Source: Microthyrium microscopicum
Taxonomy: Eukaryota
DNA length: 64,000 bases
NCBI GenBank assembly: GCA_010405405.1
Contig: MU004234.1
Coordinates: forward strand, 2,267,697-2,331,696
Reading direction: 5' to 3'
Shown: positions 39,084 to 51,949 of the stretch, piece by piece
How positions within the stretch are numbered: position 1 is the first letter of the stretch
How the letters are laid out: the number at the start of each line of letters is the position of its first letter
Translations under genes and position numbers: made by a program
Notes under the pieces: generated by a model
Database searches by the model: none
Told to the model about the DNA's origin: nothing
What the model saw: the letters and a program-made list of their open reading frames with translations, nothing else

Positions 39084-41540
39084 TCATGTCGTTTCATCAT
39101 CAAGAGTCTGAACTCTATTAATCTCAGCACTGTGAGTTTCAGCACTGGATCTCGCAGCTTCAACACCAGTGGATGCTCCGTTACTATGAACACTAGCATC
39201 TTCTACATCATGCTCCGGAGTATTTCGAAAACGGAGCTGTCGAAATACTGCCGCCAGCGTGGCCGTCCAGTCACGTTTTGGCCGTACGAGGCTTGGCTGG
39301 CCATTTCGGATTCGGAAAGTATGTGGTTGACGTTTGAACTTTCGCTTGACATATTTTTCGTCATTCCAAAAAGCGAGACCAAGCGGAAGGACAATGGCCA
39401 TGAAACTGAGGATAAGCATCACTGCTTTCAAGCTGACATCAAGGAGCGGCCTCGTCCAAAGAAGAGCAGCCGGGATGATCAATACTCCAATAGCGATGCC
39501 CCCAAGAACAAATCCTATTGCACCTGTGGTCAGTAATCCCTTCAGATATTTCAGCTGGAGAAAGTAAAGTAAAAAGAGCCTCGTCGGTATCGGTTGCTTT
39601 GCACGCAAACCTGATTGATACCTGATGGATCGCGCGAGATGAGTTCTGACTGTCACAAAGATAGAGCTTCGAATGGCAAGTCGTACACCATAGACAAGCG
39701 ATATGGCTATGATGGACCCTACAATGAAATACGATATATCCACTCCTCCGCTGAGTGGTCGTATTTGCATACTGAATAGGGAAGCCACGCAAGATATGGG
39801 AATGAACAAAAATCCAAGCTCTGTCAATCGGCCAACGCTCTCTGCCTGATCTATGCCACGCTTATTCTCAAGCAGAGCCATTTCTTCGCGCAAAGATCTT
39901 TGCGTTTTGTCAATACTGTCGATAGCACTGCCCAAGGTCTGAAGCATAGTGATTTCGAATGTTGATCCTAATGTCTTTCCCAGTTGTTCTTCAAGGAAGG
40001 CAACAAATTGCTTGGTTTCATCTCTGATGGCTGATATTTCTTGTTTGACGCTTGTTAGTGTATTTCGCCAATAGCCCAACCGCCCTTGTAAGACAAAATC
40101 TTCCGCGGAATCTCTTTCAACATCGGATAAGAAGCGTTCTAATGACTTGATGAATTCTAGAGTATCCTTTTGTATCATTACTAGGATTTGGTTTATCAGT
40201 GCGTTCTCTGATTCCAGTTGGCGGTTTTGTTGAAGCCAATGCTCTATGTCACCTAGAGTATCTGTTTCAGACTCCAATAGTTTCGAAAGAACCTCTTGTT
40301 TTGCTATATCCCAAGGAGACCCGTCAAAGATCATATGAAATTTGGCATCAAGTGTTTCAACATTCCTCTTTTGAGGAACCATCATTTTCTCTCTGGTAAT
40401 AACTGCGGCTGGTGGTCTAGGTCTATCGCTTTGGGTTCCTTGGCCAGTTCTTTGCGACTTTACCGTCCTTGTTGTTTTCCTCAGAAATGGCATGGGATCC
40501 AGCAGAACGCAAACTGTTTCAGGTTAGCAGGCGACGTCTTGTTGGGAGCAAAGACATGCAGTACGTACTAGTCGTCGGGTGGTCCGGTCGATGTATAACA
40601 TTGATTGATATTCTCTCCTGCCAGGCAACAGGATACCCTCCTTCTGCGGAGCTAGCAGTGGTATTAACACGATCGGGATTAGATTCTAATAGAAATTCAT
40701 TTCTAAAGATGTTGGTTCTCAAACGTATGGTTTCCGTTGTCTCTGAATCTATGATGCCAGCTCGACTTTTCCTTTTGGATGTGATAACGTCTTCAATAAG
40801 CACGTTTCTGTTGACGATGTCGACCATATCCACTCTGAAGCGAGTAACAGGTCGTAACCATTTGATTGATGCAAATGATTTTGTGAATGATCTAGTATTC
40901 CATGTCTTGGGGCTTTGCTGGAAATTTGTCAGTAATGATCAATAAAAAAGGTAGCGATGTCAGCAAGCTTTGATTATCATGCTGCAAAGCTTTGAGTAAG
41001 CAAGTTCCAGAGCTGACTTACATCATTTTCATAGCTTTGCGAGTATCCGGCCTGATATAGATGGGCTTCGACAAATTCTGGATTGATATTTGACGTTCGA
41101 ATCAAGTTTTCGATGATGCCCTGATTGATATCCGAAAAGATGAGAACTTGACTTTGTATGACCGGGGAAATTCCGTCGCCAGCCTTGGATCCAGTCACTT
41201 TAGACTTCTTTTGATCGCCGCTTTCATCATTGAACGTTGCCTGAAGTTCAAACGATATGCCGCGACCAGAATTCTTGTTACGTGGTGTTTGGCGTAAATT
41301 GTAAAGGTGTGGCATTACATTTGAAAGAAGATCCAAACGATTGACGGTCTTCTCATTATCTGGCTGCGGGTTCTCATTATCTGGCTGCGGGATCTCACCA
41401 GTTGATATGGATATGTCGACGTTTCGAATTGGACTTCGGACCAACCTCTTCCCAAGACGCGGTGATTTGGGACATGACGCGCGTTGTCCCTCGCGTTCTT
41501 GCTCCACATCATCCCCGAGATTGTCATCTTCTCCATTCAT
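39084..41540 (-). CDS. Fungal protein with C-terminal CorA-like Mg2+ transporter TM region, 3 exons (start uncertain)
   Basis: QAESVGRLTELGFLFIPISCVASLFSMQI after a coiled coil; INPEF..AHL...GY; GT..AG introns ~41021-40918 and ~40569-40513 keep the frame. Confidence 0.75.
41350..41391. repeat. Perfect 21-bp tandem duplication, in frame (PQPDNE x2)
   Basis: TTCTCATTATCTGGCTGCGGG repeated twice. Confidence 0.9.
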
Positions 41541-42438
41541 TGATGTGCTACTCAATGTTATTCAAGGAAACGAGTCCAGTTTGTTCCATACTTACGTTTA
41601 GTGGTTGAGCGTGTCCAATCTGTGGAGCCAGATGCTTTCGTGCTTCGACCACGATCCTAATGGCTCTGGTGCTGGTTGGCACTGTTTCTGGATATGGCAG
41701 CATAAAACTGGACTGGTTCTCCAAACGGCCGGGTCTCCTGCAAGTTTTCGGACGCGACAGCGATGCTGAAACTGGCGGCGATGTGGTGTTCTCAGGTGGC
41801 GATATACATACAAGGTCTATGTAGTACTCTACAGTGTACCCCCCAATTAATCAGTCTCTCCGTGTGCACAAGTATCACCCTCTACACAATGTTTGCTCTC
41901 CTTTTCCGTTCAGGCTGGCTTTGTTGCGAGAGCGCGCCTTGAGCAGCAGTGGCGTCCTTGAAAAAGTTTGACCGGCGCCTCGGTGCTGCGATGCAGGCTC
42001 ACAGGCTACAGCGGTGCCCGCCACATTTATCGAAACTCGAACGGTACTCTACGCCCATCCTGTATTTCATGAACGCGTCGACAACCTTGTCATCTAGGTA
42101 CCTAGGCAAGTACGAAGTTTGTTCATGACTTCAAATTGCCCAAGTACTACCGTATACCTAACGTGCTCAACCGCTTCTGATCCCGCGTCCATCACAATTA
42201 GCTCACGTATGCTGAGCGGGCAATTGTGAGTCGAATCCTGATTTTGGCCCCCACTGCCCCCAACTGCTGCGAACATCTCGGACTCGGCCTCCCGTCTTTT
42301 TTGTGCAACAATCCTCGCTTCTGACAACTTCGCTTTTCAATTTCCTTGCACCTACTCATCTTCCCAATCATCGTATATTTGTACCTTGGGAGCCCAAGAA
42401 AACTTCAGACCGGAGACATTTGACAAAATACGTTTGAC

Positions 42439-43328
42439 ATGCCTAGATTCGCTGTTTCTGACATGAGATTCAGCGGTTTTGCCTTTGAACGTGGCCTTAT
42501 AATACTGATCGCGTTGGTCATAATCATGCAATGTATGTGAGCTTAGCAGTTCAGTCTTACTCCGAAATTATGCGATATGTCAATCCGGCACTAACAACTG
42601 TTATAGCGCTAGTACTATCTGGAAGCTCTTCTTCATTGGAATCGGATCATCTTTACATAGTAGGACTGTCCAATGTAGAGCAGAAAACTGTTTCCAAGGT
42701 TTCAGTAGGCTACTTTGGGCTTTGTATCCGCAGTGGCCAGAGTGTGGACTGCAAAAAGGATTTGAAGAGCCTGGCTCTTTCGGTTGGATCTGGATTATCC
42801 CAGACGAGCATGTTAAAGTACGCGGACGCATATCGAAGCGACGTGTTGTTCAGCGGCTTTCTGTGCGTTGCGAATTGCTCACTGCATCCTTCCAAATGAT
42901 CACTAACTGAGCAATTTAGCGTTGGAAGCATTGCTTTATCCTTGATTTGCGCGATCCTCCTGGCGACATTTCCAGGTTGGCACGAAGATGAGGATGAGAT
43001 AACCGGCTCCATTATTGATGTCAAGCCTTTTCCTTCAAGACCGGTTGTTCAAGTAGCCCATGTTTGCATTATTGCTAGCGAGATGTTTGCGTTCATTGCT
43101 GCACTTTGGCAGCACGTCTCTGCTGCAACATTTATTGCTTTGATAAATGCGACAGATTCAATCGCAAAGCCGCATATTGGCAAGATAGCTGTATCATTTG
43201 TCTGGCTCTCGTTCGGTTTACTTTGTTTGTGCCACCTTGGAATCTGGTCCATACAGGTTTCTATGAGCGTTCTGGACCGACTTGTCAGTGATGGGGGATC
43301 AGAAAGCGAGGGCGAGATTGCCATTTGA
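42439..43328 (+). CDS. Fig1/SUR7-like Ca2+ influx and membrane fusion protein, 3 exons
   Basis: VSVGYFGLC, LATFPGWHE, VKPFPSRPV, ALWQH and four TM segments. Confidence 0.75.
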
Positions 43329-43999
43329 AAACCTTTGACGGGAGCTTGAGACCAGAATAGGGGACGAAAAGAGGTTACAAACTCTGCCATATATGATTGC
43401 ACAAGGTTTTCGAAGCCAGCACAATAACAGGTACTTACTACTAAGTATCTGGAAATACAGAACTACACCCACCTGTCATGCAGGGAAGCCGATCCCTTCA
43501 CTTCAGCCAATGGACACACTGGTTCCAGTGAATCAACATACCACACTTTGTTGTTTTTCCCTCAAATCCCTCCAACCTGATGTTGCATAAGAGTGAGGCC
43601 ATGGTTCGGATTACCAGCCACCGATTAAACAAGCAGGTTTTACGGCGCAGATGCGTGTGTCCGAAGCCACACGTGACAAGAACCGTGGAAAATGAAGATA
43701 AACTCCATGATAGCCCAAACATGGTGACTGTCAAATATTCTTGCATTCATCCAGAAATATACGAAACTTGGGAGGGAGAAGCATCTGACCAATCAGAGAG
43801 TGACCAGGGTCTTTGCTGCCTACCGCCCGCGTTGAATTCGGCTGAGCGCAAGGCTGCAATTCCAATCACTGCTCAACCAATATTGCCACCCAAAATGTCT
43901 GTCGCAGAATAAAAGGCCATTCTATTCATCCTTTGGCTGCCCATTACCAGCCGTCCGTTCTTTATCCCTATTTCTACCGGAAATCCCAATTATGAAATT

Positions 44000-45172
44000 A
44001 TGACGAACTCAACAGACGACAACGACCCTGATGACAGCAAGTTCCTGGAGCATTTGATTGCTTTGAACATAGAAGACCAGCCGAAATACCCGGAAAGAAT
44101 TTTGGATAAACTTCTCGCCAAGGTTCTGGAGCCGGAGACCAGGTTCAGAGACAGGTATGGAGACTTCATACTAGAGGACCAGGAAGGGATCAAACAATTG
44201 CTGCTGAGATGTTTGAGACAAGAGGTTTATGATCTCTTCGCAGAGTCTGGAGACATGCTGCGACGAAGAAGGTATGAGAAGATGCCCAAAGCTTGATACG
44301 AAATCTCATACACTCCTAGAGTATCGGACTTGGGAGGAGAGCTGCAATCGTCCACAGCAGCAATCTACCTCCATGCGATTCAACTGCCTAGCAGAATTCA
44401 GGAAGACGAAAACGAAGATGGCGTAGAGAAATCGTTACCTGAAAGCGAGTGCTGGTATGTTGGCCAAGGGAGCAATATACATGTCCGCGTAAATCGTCAG
44501 CATCGCGACTTTCGATATCGCAGAGAGAACCCGTCACTGCATTACTATGCCATGGATCGAAGTATCCATGATCAATTTGTTATTGTGGCGGTCCTGAATG
44601 AACCAACAAGACGGAGAGACTTGGTTCTTAATTTGCTTGAAATGTGGTGCGCATTGCTATTCAAAACGATCCAATTCCGGGACCTAGAGGAATGGCTCGA
44701 TGCCGACTTATACGATGTCAATTTGGACGAGGCAATTATCCCACTGAATGTTGCGCTCCCAATCGACCATGGTGATAGCGAAGCCAGCCTGAAGGCTTTC
44801 GACTCTCTCAGGGACAGCGACGAACCGCTGGCTAAGAACTATTACAAGGATTTGAAACGTGGACGGCTGCGGCCACGAGCGTCGACTCGGAGACGGTCCA
44901 GACAAACAACTCCGGTTGTCGAAAAAATGACAGCATCTCCAACTGAGGAGAAAAGAGACGCCGGAAACAGGCCCGAGGCTGAATCTGGTAGTGCCGCGCA
45001 GAGCAGCAACAATGACAGTGCTTTAGAAGCGGCTGGTGGTGAAGCCGCTGGAAGGGCGGATGGAGGTAATGACGTTGCAACCGGCGTAGTCATAGGAGTC
45101 TTCAGTGTGGTTGCAACAGTGTGGATAAGGCGACTCCTGTGGAGTACATATGCTGGAGGACGAGAAGGATGA
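44000..45172 (+). pseudogene. GIY-YIG-like nuclease domain protein with C-terminal TM helix, interrupted by one in-frame TGA
   Basis: ORFs 44000-44296 and 44330-45172 are in the same frame, separated by TGA at 44294-44296; AIYLH..WYVGQ..R...QH..LE..LN pattern. Confidence 0.6.
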
Positions 45173-45188
45173 TACCCTTTTGTATTCT

Positions 45189-46311
45189 TTAATGCTTCAA
45201 GCTTAATACTTCAACGGCATTTTTCCCCAACACCTTGATTGAGTCCTCATCTTTGAATCCTTCTTCAATGGCGTTGTAGTTGGTTTGAACGCTTACCCAT
45301 TTCGTTTCTTCTCCCAGAGGTGGGAAGAATGGGTGGTCAGTTCCTATCTAAATCAGCCTTGCCGTCTTCAAGTCACAGTCATAACCTACCAAACATGACA
45401 CGATCTGACGTTACCGCTTCTGTGGCCGCTTTCAGGCCAATCGCAGAATAAACCACAGCATCAAGATAGATATTCTTCTTCAAAATGTCCCAGACATTGA
45501 GACTCTTCCCTTCTCCTTTCCGAAAGCTGCCATCGTGTTCAATACAACTCTGTATTCTCCCCGCCAAAAATGGTAATGTTCCACCCGAATGGGCCAACAG
45601 CATCTTTAATTCGGGGAATCGGCCAAAAACACCACTCAGTATCATTCTCGTGACCGCAATCGTCGTCTCAAGCGGAAAGCCCAATGCCAACGGCAAGACA
45701 TGGCCATATTCTCCACTTCGAGGACCAAATACATCGTTCGGCAAGCCATAATGCGGATGTAAAAACACCATCGCCTCCGTCTCTTCTATCGCAGCCCATA
45801 CTTCCTCAAACTTCTTATCGTCCGGTCCATCGCCCATACCCGTTGTCCCCATCACAACTCCCCGAGAATATTTTAGCGCTTTTAACCTCTTCACCTCTTC
45901 ACAAATAGCGTCCACGCCCGCACGCATTGGCAAGACACCGAAGAAATATAGTCGTCCACCACTCTCCGCACACGTTTTCTCAAACCAATCATTAACTTCC
46001 CGAGCCAGTCTTGTACCCTCTTCCGGATCACTGATGAAATCTAGCCAGGGATTCGCGAGTGATACCACGCTGGTGTTGATATCATGCGTATCCATGAACT
46101 TGAGCTTTTCGCCAACATCCCAGTAAGCGGGACCAATTGGTCTGCCCGTAGCAACTTCATCGGGAAGTATTATGAGACGGGGTCCTAGGTCTGGGATATC
46201 GCGGATATAAGGGACTGTGGTGCGACTACGGAGGAGGGTGATGTATGGAGGAGGATACATGTGGGTGTGGATGTCGACGACTTCCGTCGCGCTGGATTGC
46301 GAGGGCGCCAT
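45189..46311 (-). CDS. Uracil-5-carboxylate (isoorotate) decarboxylase-like, amidohydrolase_2 family
   Basis: VDIHTHMYP, SLANPW, FLHPHYGLP, YGHVLPLALGFP.ETT, LAHSGGTLPFLAGRI, spliced FG-TDHPFFPP. Confidence 0.88.
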
Positions 46312-46649
46312 GATAGTTGTTGCGGATTATTGAAGATTTGCAGGTCCAAGGAGCGAGATGGATAAGAGAGATAGATAACTTTGGCGCCACGGGATCATCA
46401 AGCTTGTTTGTTATTTGCGGTTTTCAATGGAGCTCAACTGCAGCCCCGCATCACTTTCGTGATGGGCGATTTCAACTCTCCCGCTTCAGTCACTGCACGT
46501 TTATGGCATAAGTAAAGGGTTTACTAATATTTCTATGATGCAGAAATGTTTTGATACTAATACAACTCGAGAAAAGGATATATATAAAAAGATTACTCCT
46601 GACTATGTCCTGGAAACTGTCCTCTAGCAAGCTCGATTCAACCGACACA

Positions 46650-47418
46650 CTAATGACCTCCACGATGCCCACCAGCGCCACCAGCAGGAGGTCCACCACC
46701 AGCCGGTCGACCTCCGCCTAGACTTCCACGCGGCGGCTCTGCGGGCCGTGGGTTATTGGGTCTTGGGTCGGGACGGGATGGCGGATTATTCGGGCGAGGA
46801 TCTGGCCGTGATGGTGGATTGGGCCGTGGCTCAGGTCTCGGTTCAGGTCGTGAAGGGTAATTGGGACGTGGATCTGGTCCACGCGGGGGAGGATTATTAG
46901 GACGTGGGTCTGGTCCACGGGGTGGGCCACCTCTTTCACCATCTCGCCATCGTGGTTCTCGCCAATGACTTGGTTCGCGCCAGGAAGGCCCGCCTGTGGA
47001 GACTGGTATGATGATGGGGCCAAGATTGGGAATAGAAGGGGGAGAGATCCAACTAGGGATTGGAATGTTCTGCGAAAGAAGTCAGATCGGTCAGGTGCAG
47101 AAGAAGAGGAAACTTCTTACGACAGTGCAACGGCCACGGTCAATTCGATTTCGCTCCTCGAACTCGTCACGAGTTTCACTTCGAGCTGGACCCGGGAAGC
47201 GACACTGGCATCGTTGGTCGTCGAGATCTAGGCGAGTATCATATTCGCCACGATACTCTCCTTCTAGGGTAGGCACAGGCCTGCATGGATTTTCATCGGG
47301 ATAGATGTTCGCAAATGCGGCTGTACTATTCACATTTAGTCATATGACCATATAGATAGCATGTTGAGGCATACCTAAATCCAAGCACAGTAACAGTCAG
47401 AGACTTGGTAATATGCAT
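46650..47418 (-). CDS. Secreted 222-aa protein with 4 Cys and Pro/Arg (PDPRPNNP) repeats, 3 exons
   Basis: Exons 47418-47375, 47325-47121 and 47069-46650 join in frame at GT..AG sites; signal peptide MHITKSLTVTVLGFSTAAFA. Confidence 0.75.
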
Positions 47419-48484
47419 CTTGGCCTTCGAACCAAAGGAGTGGTGGTTAAAGGATGTCTCAGGGAGTATGTAAGTCGTTGGTGACAAAGCAGATAGCGAT
47501 ATCTTTCACAGAAATTTCTGGGTTTGCTCAAACTTATATACGAATGACAATTCCCATGCCATCATAGCGATTCTAGATTCAATACAAGCAGACACTCGCT
47601 GGCAATATAGCCTCGCAACCCTTTCTTGTTCCTCTCCACACCATGTCAACACGAGGTAGATCTATTTCCAGCAGCCTGGGCGACGTATGAAAATAGAGGC
47701 GAGTATCTATGCATTAGCCAAGATAAACGCTCAACTGAAATCAGCAAGTTGAAGTTTGATCGACAAGTTATAGTACATGATCTGCTATTGAACGTCATGA
47801 ACCGGCGTGTCTGCGGTCTTTTGATTAGATTTGAGAGGAAATGGAGTGTTACTGCTGATGACCCTCTCCACAACCATATGAGGGCTAATTTGGTGCGTGG
47901 TTCAAGGCGAACAATCTAAATGAACCCCAAGCGTTACTTGGTATCCTAGCAAAAGTAAGCCCCCAATTCGTACAGAAGTTCCCTTAAATCGCCAAGATTA
48001 GGTTAGATACTAAAGAGATGAGATTAATATCAGATCTTTAGTTGAAAGGCAACTGGGAAGCTTTTATATTCATGTTTGCGCATACTATGCAGGTAGTCAA
48101 GTCATAGGTATCTATAAGGCACTCATTTGATGCTCAGGTCACTGCCATGTTTACACGCCAAAGAGGTCGAATTTCGCATAGACAATCTTCCGATTGATGA
48201 AGGCCATGATTGAGCATAGACTTGGCTCTCACTTCTAGTATCAGAACTACAAAAGAACTACCAATCTCATGTGCCTTCGATGTCGATCTAGATCCCGTAT
48301 GACAACTTTATGATATTTGCCTGCTGCCCCTTTTTTTGGATGGCTTTAGCATATATTTCAGAGTAGAAAAGCACTCCTAAGATCTAAACTACTCTCCAAG
48401 TCGCCAATTTGATAACTCAATCAGATTTAAATTTTGACCAATAGTCATTGAGCAGCAGGGGAACTATCCTACTCTACGTCCGCG

Positions 48485-50485
48485 TTATCTGAATGCAAAG
48501 ACTTTATATCGTGGCTCTACCTCTGGCTCAACGGGCCAAGCCACATCGCCATTCACATAGCATTCGCCGATGATGAAGACCGCATGCTCAATTGGCAGCT
48601 TTTCCGGCAGGTCTAATCCTGGAGATTCGCCTTGAATGGACTCACCAAAGACATCCGGAAGCGATACATTCTCCTCCTCTTGATCGTCACCAATATCGCT
48701 CTCATCATCGTCGTCTTCTGCATCATCTTTATTGTCGGAGAGATCTTCCGAATGTCGCATGTCTAAGAAGGCTTTTCTTATTTCTTGTTCCAGTTCTTTG
48801 GTACCAGAGACACCGGTTTTCCTAATCGCCAGTGATTTCATCGACCCGGCCAAAAAGACTATGCTGTCCCCAGCTTTGACGTTTCTGGGCGCCACGCCAA
48901 CTCTACCTGACTCAGTGATAATAAGTCTTCTTCCAGCAAGAGCATTTGGTGTGCTATTTGGGAGCAAGTACCTATACATCATCGACTCAATTCCATCGCT
49001 ATCACCACCTACCAAGATAATCTGCTGTGATGCGCGATGTCGTATCCACCGTTCGAAGTCGACAAGAAAACGTATATGACTTGCCAAGTCATCCTCCAAT
49101 GGCACTGGCTCGATTTGTGGCATTACCTTGGCTAGTATATCAATCCACTCACTGGCAAGTTGCAGCGCCAGCTTCTCATGCTCTGCTTCTTTACCGCGCA
49201 GGCTAATATGTCTGTGCCGACCTTTGGAGTCTCCAGACCACCAGACACCTCCAGCGCTTCGATATAAAGCTTGCAGATCTTTCACTATCTGTTGATAAGT
49301 GACCTGAGCCCCTGGACTGATTGTGGAAGGTTGCGGCAATGGGAGGCTGATATCTCTGACCACATCTTTCTCGTAGCCAGCATAAGCTAGGATGAGAGGG
49401 CCACTAAGAAAAGCATAGTGGCCAGCAGCTTTGATGATCTTTTGAGACATATAGTCATCTCGCTGCATAGGTCCCAGTCCTGAACCAGAGACACTCCAAT
49501 CTGGAGCCCACGAAGCCAAGCCTGGTCGACGCATGGATGGTTCCCTGTCGTCAAGATGTGGAAAATAGCTCTCGGGTCCAGAAGGTCCTATGTTCTCAAA
49601 TACATATCGAGAGAATTCTTCATAAATGGTCTCACATGTCTTGCGGTAATCAATTGGAACGTGGGCCAGCAATGCCTGGCGGTCCGAAGCGACACCAACG
49701 AGCGAATAAACCATGTCTCGCGGGTCCGTAGCACCGAGTCCTCTTCGCGCGAGTATCAAAGAAAACATATTGTAGCCATGAACGTTTCGACTGTTGTTCA
49801 TGTCTTGCAGAACTTTTCGTCTGGAAGCATTAGCTCCAGGTATGGTCTGGACATCTGGAGCAAGCAGAATCGCACAAAGATCATTCCATCTAGCTCGGAG
49901 ATGCCCAAATTGCACCCAAGGATCAGAGCTCAGTACGAGTTCTTGGAAAATCCACACTCGGCTGAACCAAGTATGCTGAAGGATCTCATCGCCTGCGAGT
50001 TCGATCTCGTGGGAGTCTGGGTCTTCGTTTACCTCACCACTGGTGTTTGACCGAGCAATTGCCAAAATCTTCTCAGCGGTGACAGTCAGGGGGCCCAGGT
50101 AAATAACGGTGTGGTGCGCAGTAGAGTAGATTTTGCCCATTAGGGAAACCTGAAAAGCTCGTTCATCAAGATTAGACTGGTCAATACACAGGCCGTCGGC
50201 CCATATGCGTAGAAGCCGTCTGGCATCTCGGAGATGGCGAAGAGCAGCGTCCAGGCTGGCGGTAATGTCGACCAGTTGGCCATGAATGGAGATGCTGCCG
50301 CGTTGCCTTGCGTCACCCCAGACGTAAGATAGCGCAGTGTAGTGATCTATGATCTCACGATCGCATTCTGAGATGGAAGTGTGGAGGAGTGTTGCCTGTA
50401 GCTGTGCTTCATCTGAGGTAGCCGGTTCGAGAAGTAGCAGCCGTATAGAATCGGGCTTCGTCAGATTCTTGTATTGGAACGGCAT
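48485..50485 (-). CDS. HET-domain (heterokaryon incompatibility, HET-6-like) protein
   Basis: IRLLLLEP, YTALSYVWG, IWADGLCIDQ, QVSLMGKIY, WFSRVWIFQE, ATDPRD.VY.L.G, SWAPDW, IGECYV.G. Confidence 0.92.
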   Translation of the reverse strand: MPFQYKNLTKPDSIRLLLLEPATSDEAQLQATLLHTSISECDREIIDHYTALSYVWGDARQRGSISIHGQLVDITASLDAALRHLRDARRLLRIWADGLCIDQSNLDERAFQVSLMGKIYSTAHHTVIYLGPLTVTAEKILAIARSNTSGEVNEDPDSHEIELAGDEILQHTWFSRVWIFQELVLSSDPWVQFGHLRARWNDLCAILLAPDVQTIPGANASRRKVLQDMNNSRNVHGYNMFSLILARRGLGATDPRDMVYSLVGVASDRQALLAHVPIDYRKTCETIYEEFSRYVFENIGPSGPESYFPHLDDREPSMRRPGLASWAPDWSVSGSGLGPMQRDDYMSQKIIKAAGHYAFLSGPLILAYAGYEKDVVRDISLPLPQPSTISPGAQVTYQQIVKDLQALYRSAGGVWWSGDSKGRHRHISLRGKEAEHEKLALQLASEWIDILAKVMPQIEPVPLEDDLASHIRFLVDFERWIRHRASQQIILVGGDSDGIESMMYRYLLPNSTPNALAGRRLIITESGRVGVAPRNVKAGDSIVFLAGSMKSLAIRKTGVSGTKELEQEIRKAFLDMRHSEDLSDNKDDAEDDDDESDIGDDQEEENVSLPDVFGESIQGESPGLDLPEKLPIEHAVFIIGECYVNGDVAWPVEPEVEPRYKVFAFR

Positions 50486-51321
50486 TGTAAACTCGTATAG
50501 TAGCTATCCGGATCAGGAAAATTGAAGAGAAAATGGCAGATGACTGTGTTAGAGAAGGTAAATTTAAGCCAAAGACAAATCCGCGGGTGGTGCTATCATA
50601 GCAGAGCCCAACGACCCACGTGGAGCACGGGTAGTAGCACTATTCTCAATGTACGAAAAATCATGCTCTAGATGATATCAGACCTTGACATCTTGATAAC
50701 ATTGGAGCTGGAGAGACTGTAGTGATGACTGGGAGTCTGGAACCATGCAGCATCGACAGTTCCAGGGTCGTACTCGTGCCGCAATTGATCTCCATTGGCC
50801 TGACCAATCTTCGCGCTGGGCCCTTCAAAGCTACAAAGCTCCTCAATAATAGCCAAGACGCTCCAGGCTTACAAGACAACAAACTGGCAATTCACCTTTT
50901 CGTGAGATGGCTCAGGACGGTGTAGATCATAAGAAACCTACCTTATTTCAAGATCGAAAGTCCATCTCGCCATCCATGTGTTCCTTGGTCCCCAAAATGT
51001 GATGACTACATATTGGTAAAGCTATTCGGTATGTAGAAAAGGTTGTTTATGCTGACATTTGCTTTAATGGGGAATTTTGAATGGTGCTGTGGTTGTACTG
51101 CAGTAAGCTGATGGAAACCTTTCGTACAAGGCGGTAGTACTCGATCAGTAATCTGGCATAAACATTCATATACGCAGATCCTGGCCATATTGGTGTTCAG
51201 GTCTATCTCCGAGTAATATGCTCTTGTATAAAAGACTGGAAGGGTCTGCTTAAATATTACATCCAGTCATATCACTTACTTGCCTTATTGCACTGTACTT
51301 GTCTTCTATCAACTGTTCAAT

Positions 51322-51826
51322 ATGCCTTTATGGAGAATCTTTTCTAACCCTGCAACTTTCTCGGCTCAACAGCGCGAGGGCCTTGCCAAAGCTATTACTG
51401 GACTTTACACTAGTCCGAGATTGGGGCTTCCAGCGTTCTACGTCAATGTTATCTTTGTAGACGTTCCAGACACCGGAATTTGGATTGGCGGAGAGAAGAA
51501 AACGAACTTTGTGCGCATTGTTGCGGAACAAATCGCTCGACAAATGCCAGATCCAAGCACACCAGAAGGATTGGCATACCATAGAGCTTGGCTGGATACA
51601 ATCAACGAGGTATTCTTAAGGCGCTTCTATTGAACTGAACCCTACTGACAAACCATAGGCTTTGAAACCCTGGATCTTAGACCGATCTGAGATTGAATGG
51701 GAATTCCATATTGCTGAGACTCCAAGGTCTTTGTGGAGAGTGCAAGGAATTGAACCACCTCCATCTCATTCCGAGGCTGAGAAGAAATGGATGTCTGAGA
51801 ATGTGGCAGCGCCATATAAACTTTGA
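51322..51826 (+). CDS. Putative oxalocrotonate tautomerase-family protein
   Basis: N-terminal Pro (MPLWRIF), GLPAFYVNV.F, WEFHI.ETPR.LW..QG..PP; intron 51610-51658. Confidence 0.85.
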
Positions 51827-51949
51827 GTACCCAACGACGCCACAAGCATGAAATGAAAACACGTGGCAATGTTGATGGCGATTGGCGACAGAGTCGTATA
51901 TGTAATCATAGTTATTCAAGACAATAAGAGCAGATGTATAGCATGTTAT

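Noticed and set aside
46718..47023. 101-aa minus-strand ORF in the track
   Set aside because: Alternative frame of the Pro/Arg-repeat exon of the spliced secreted gene
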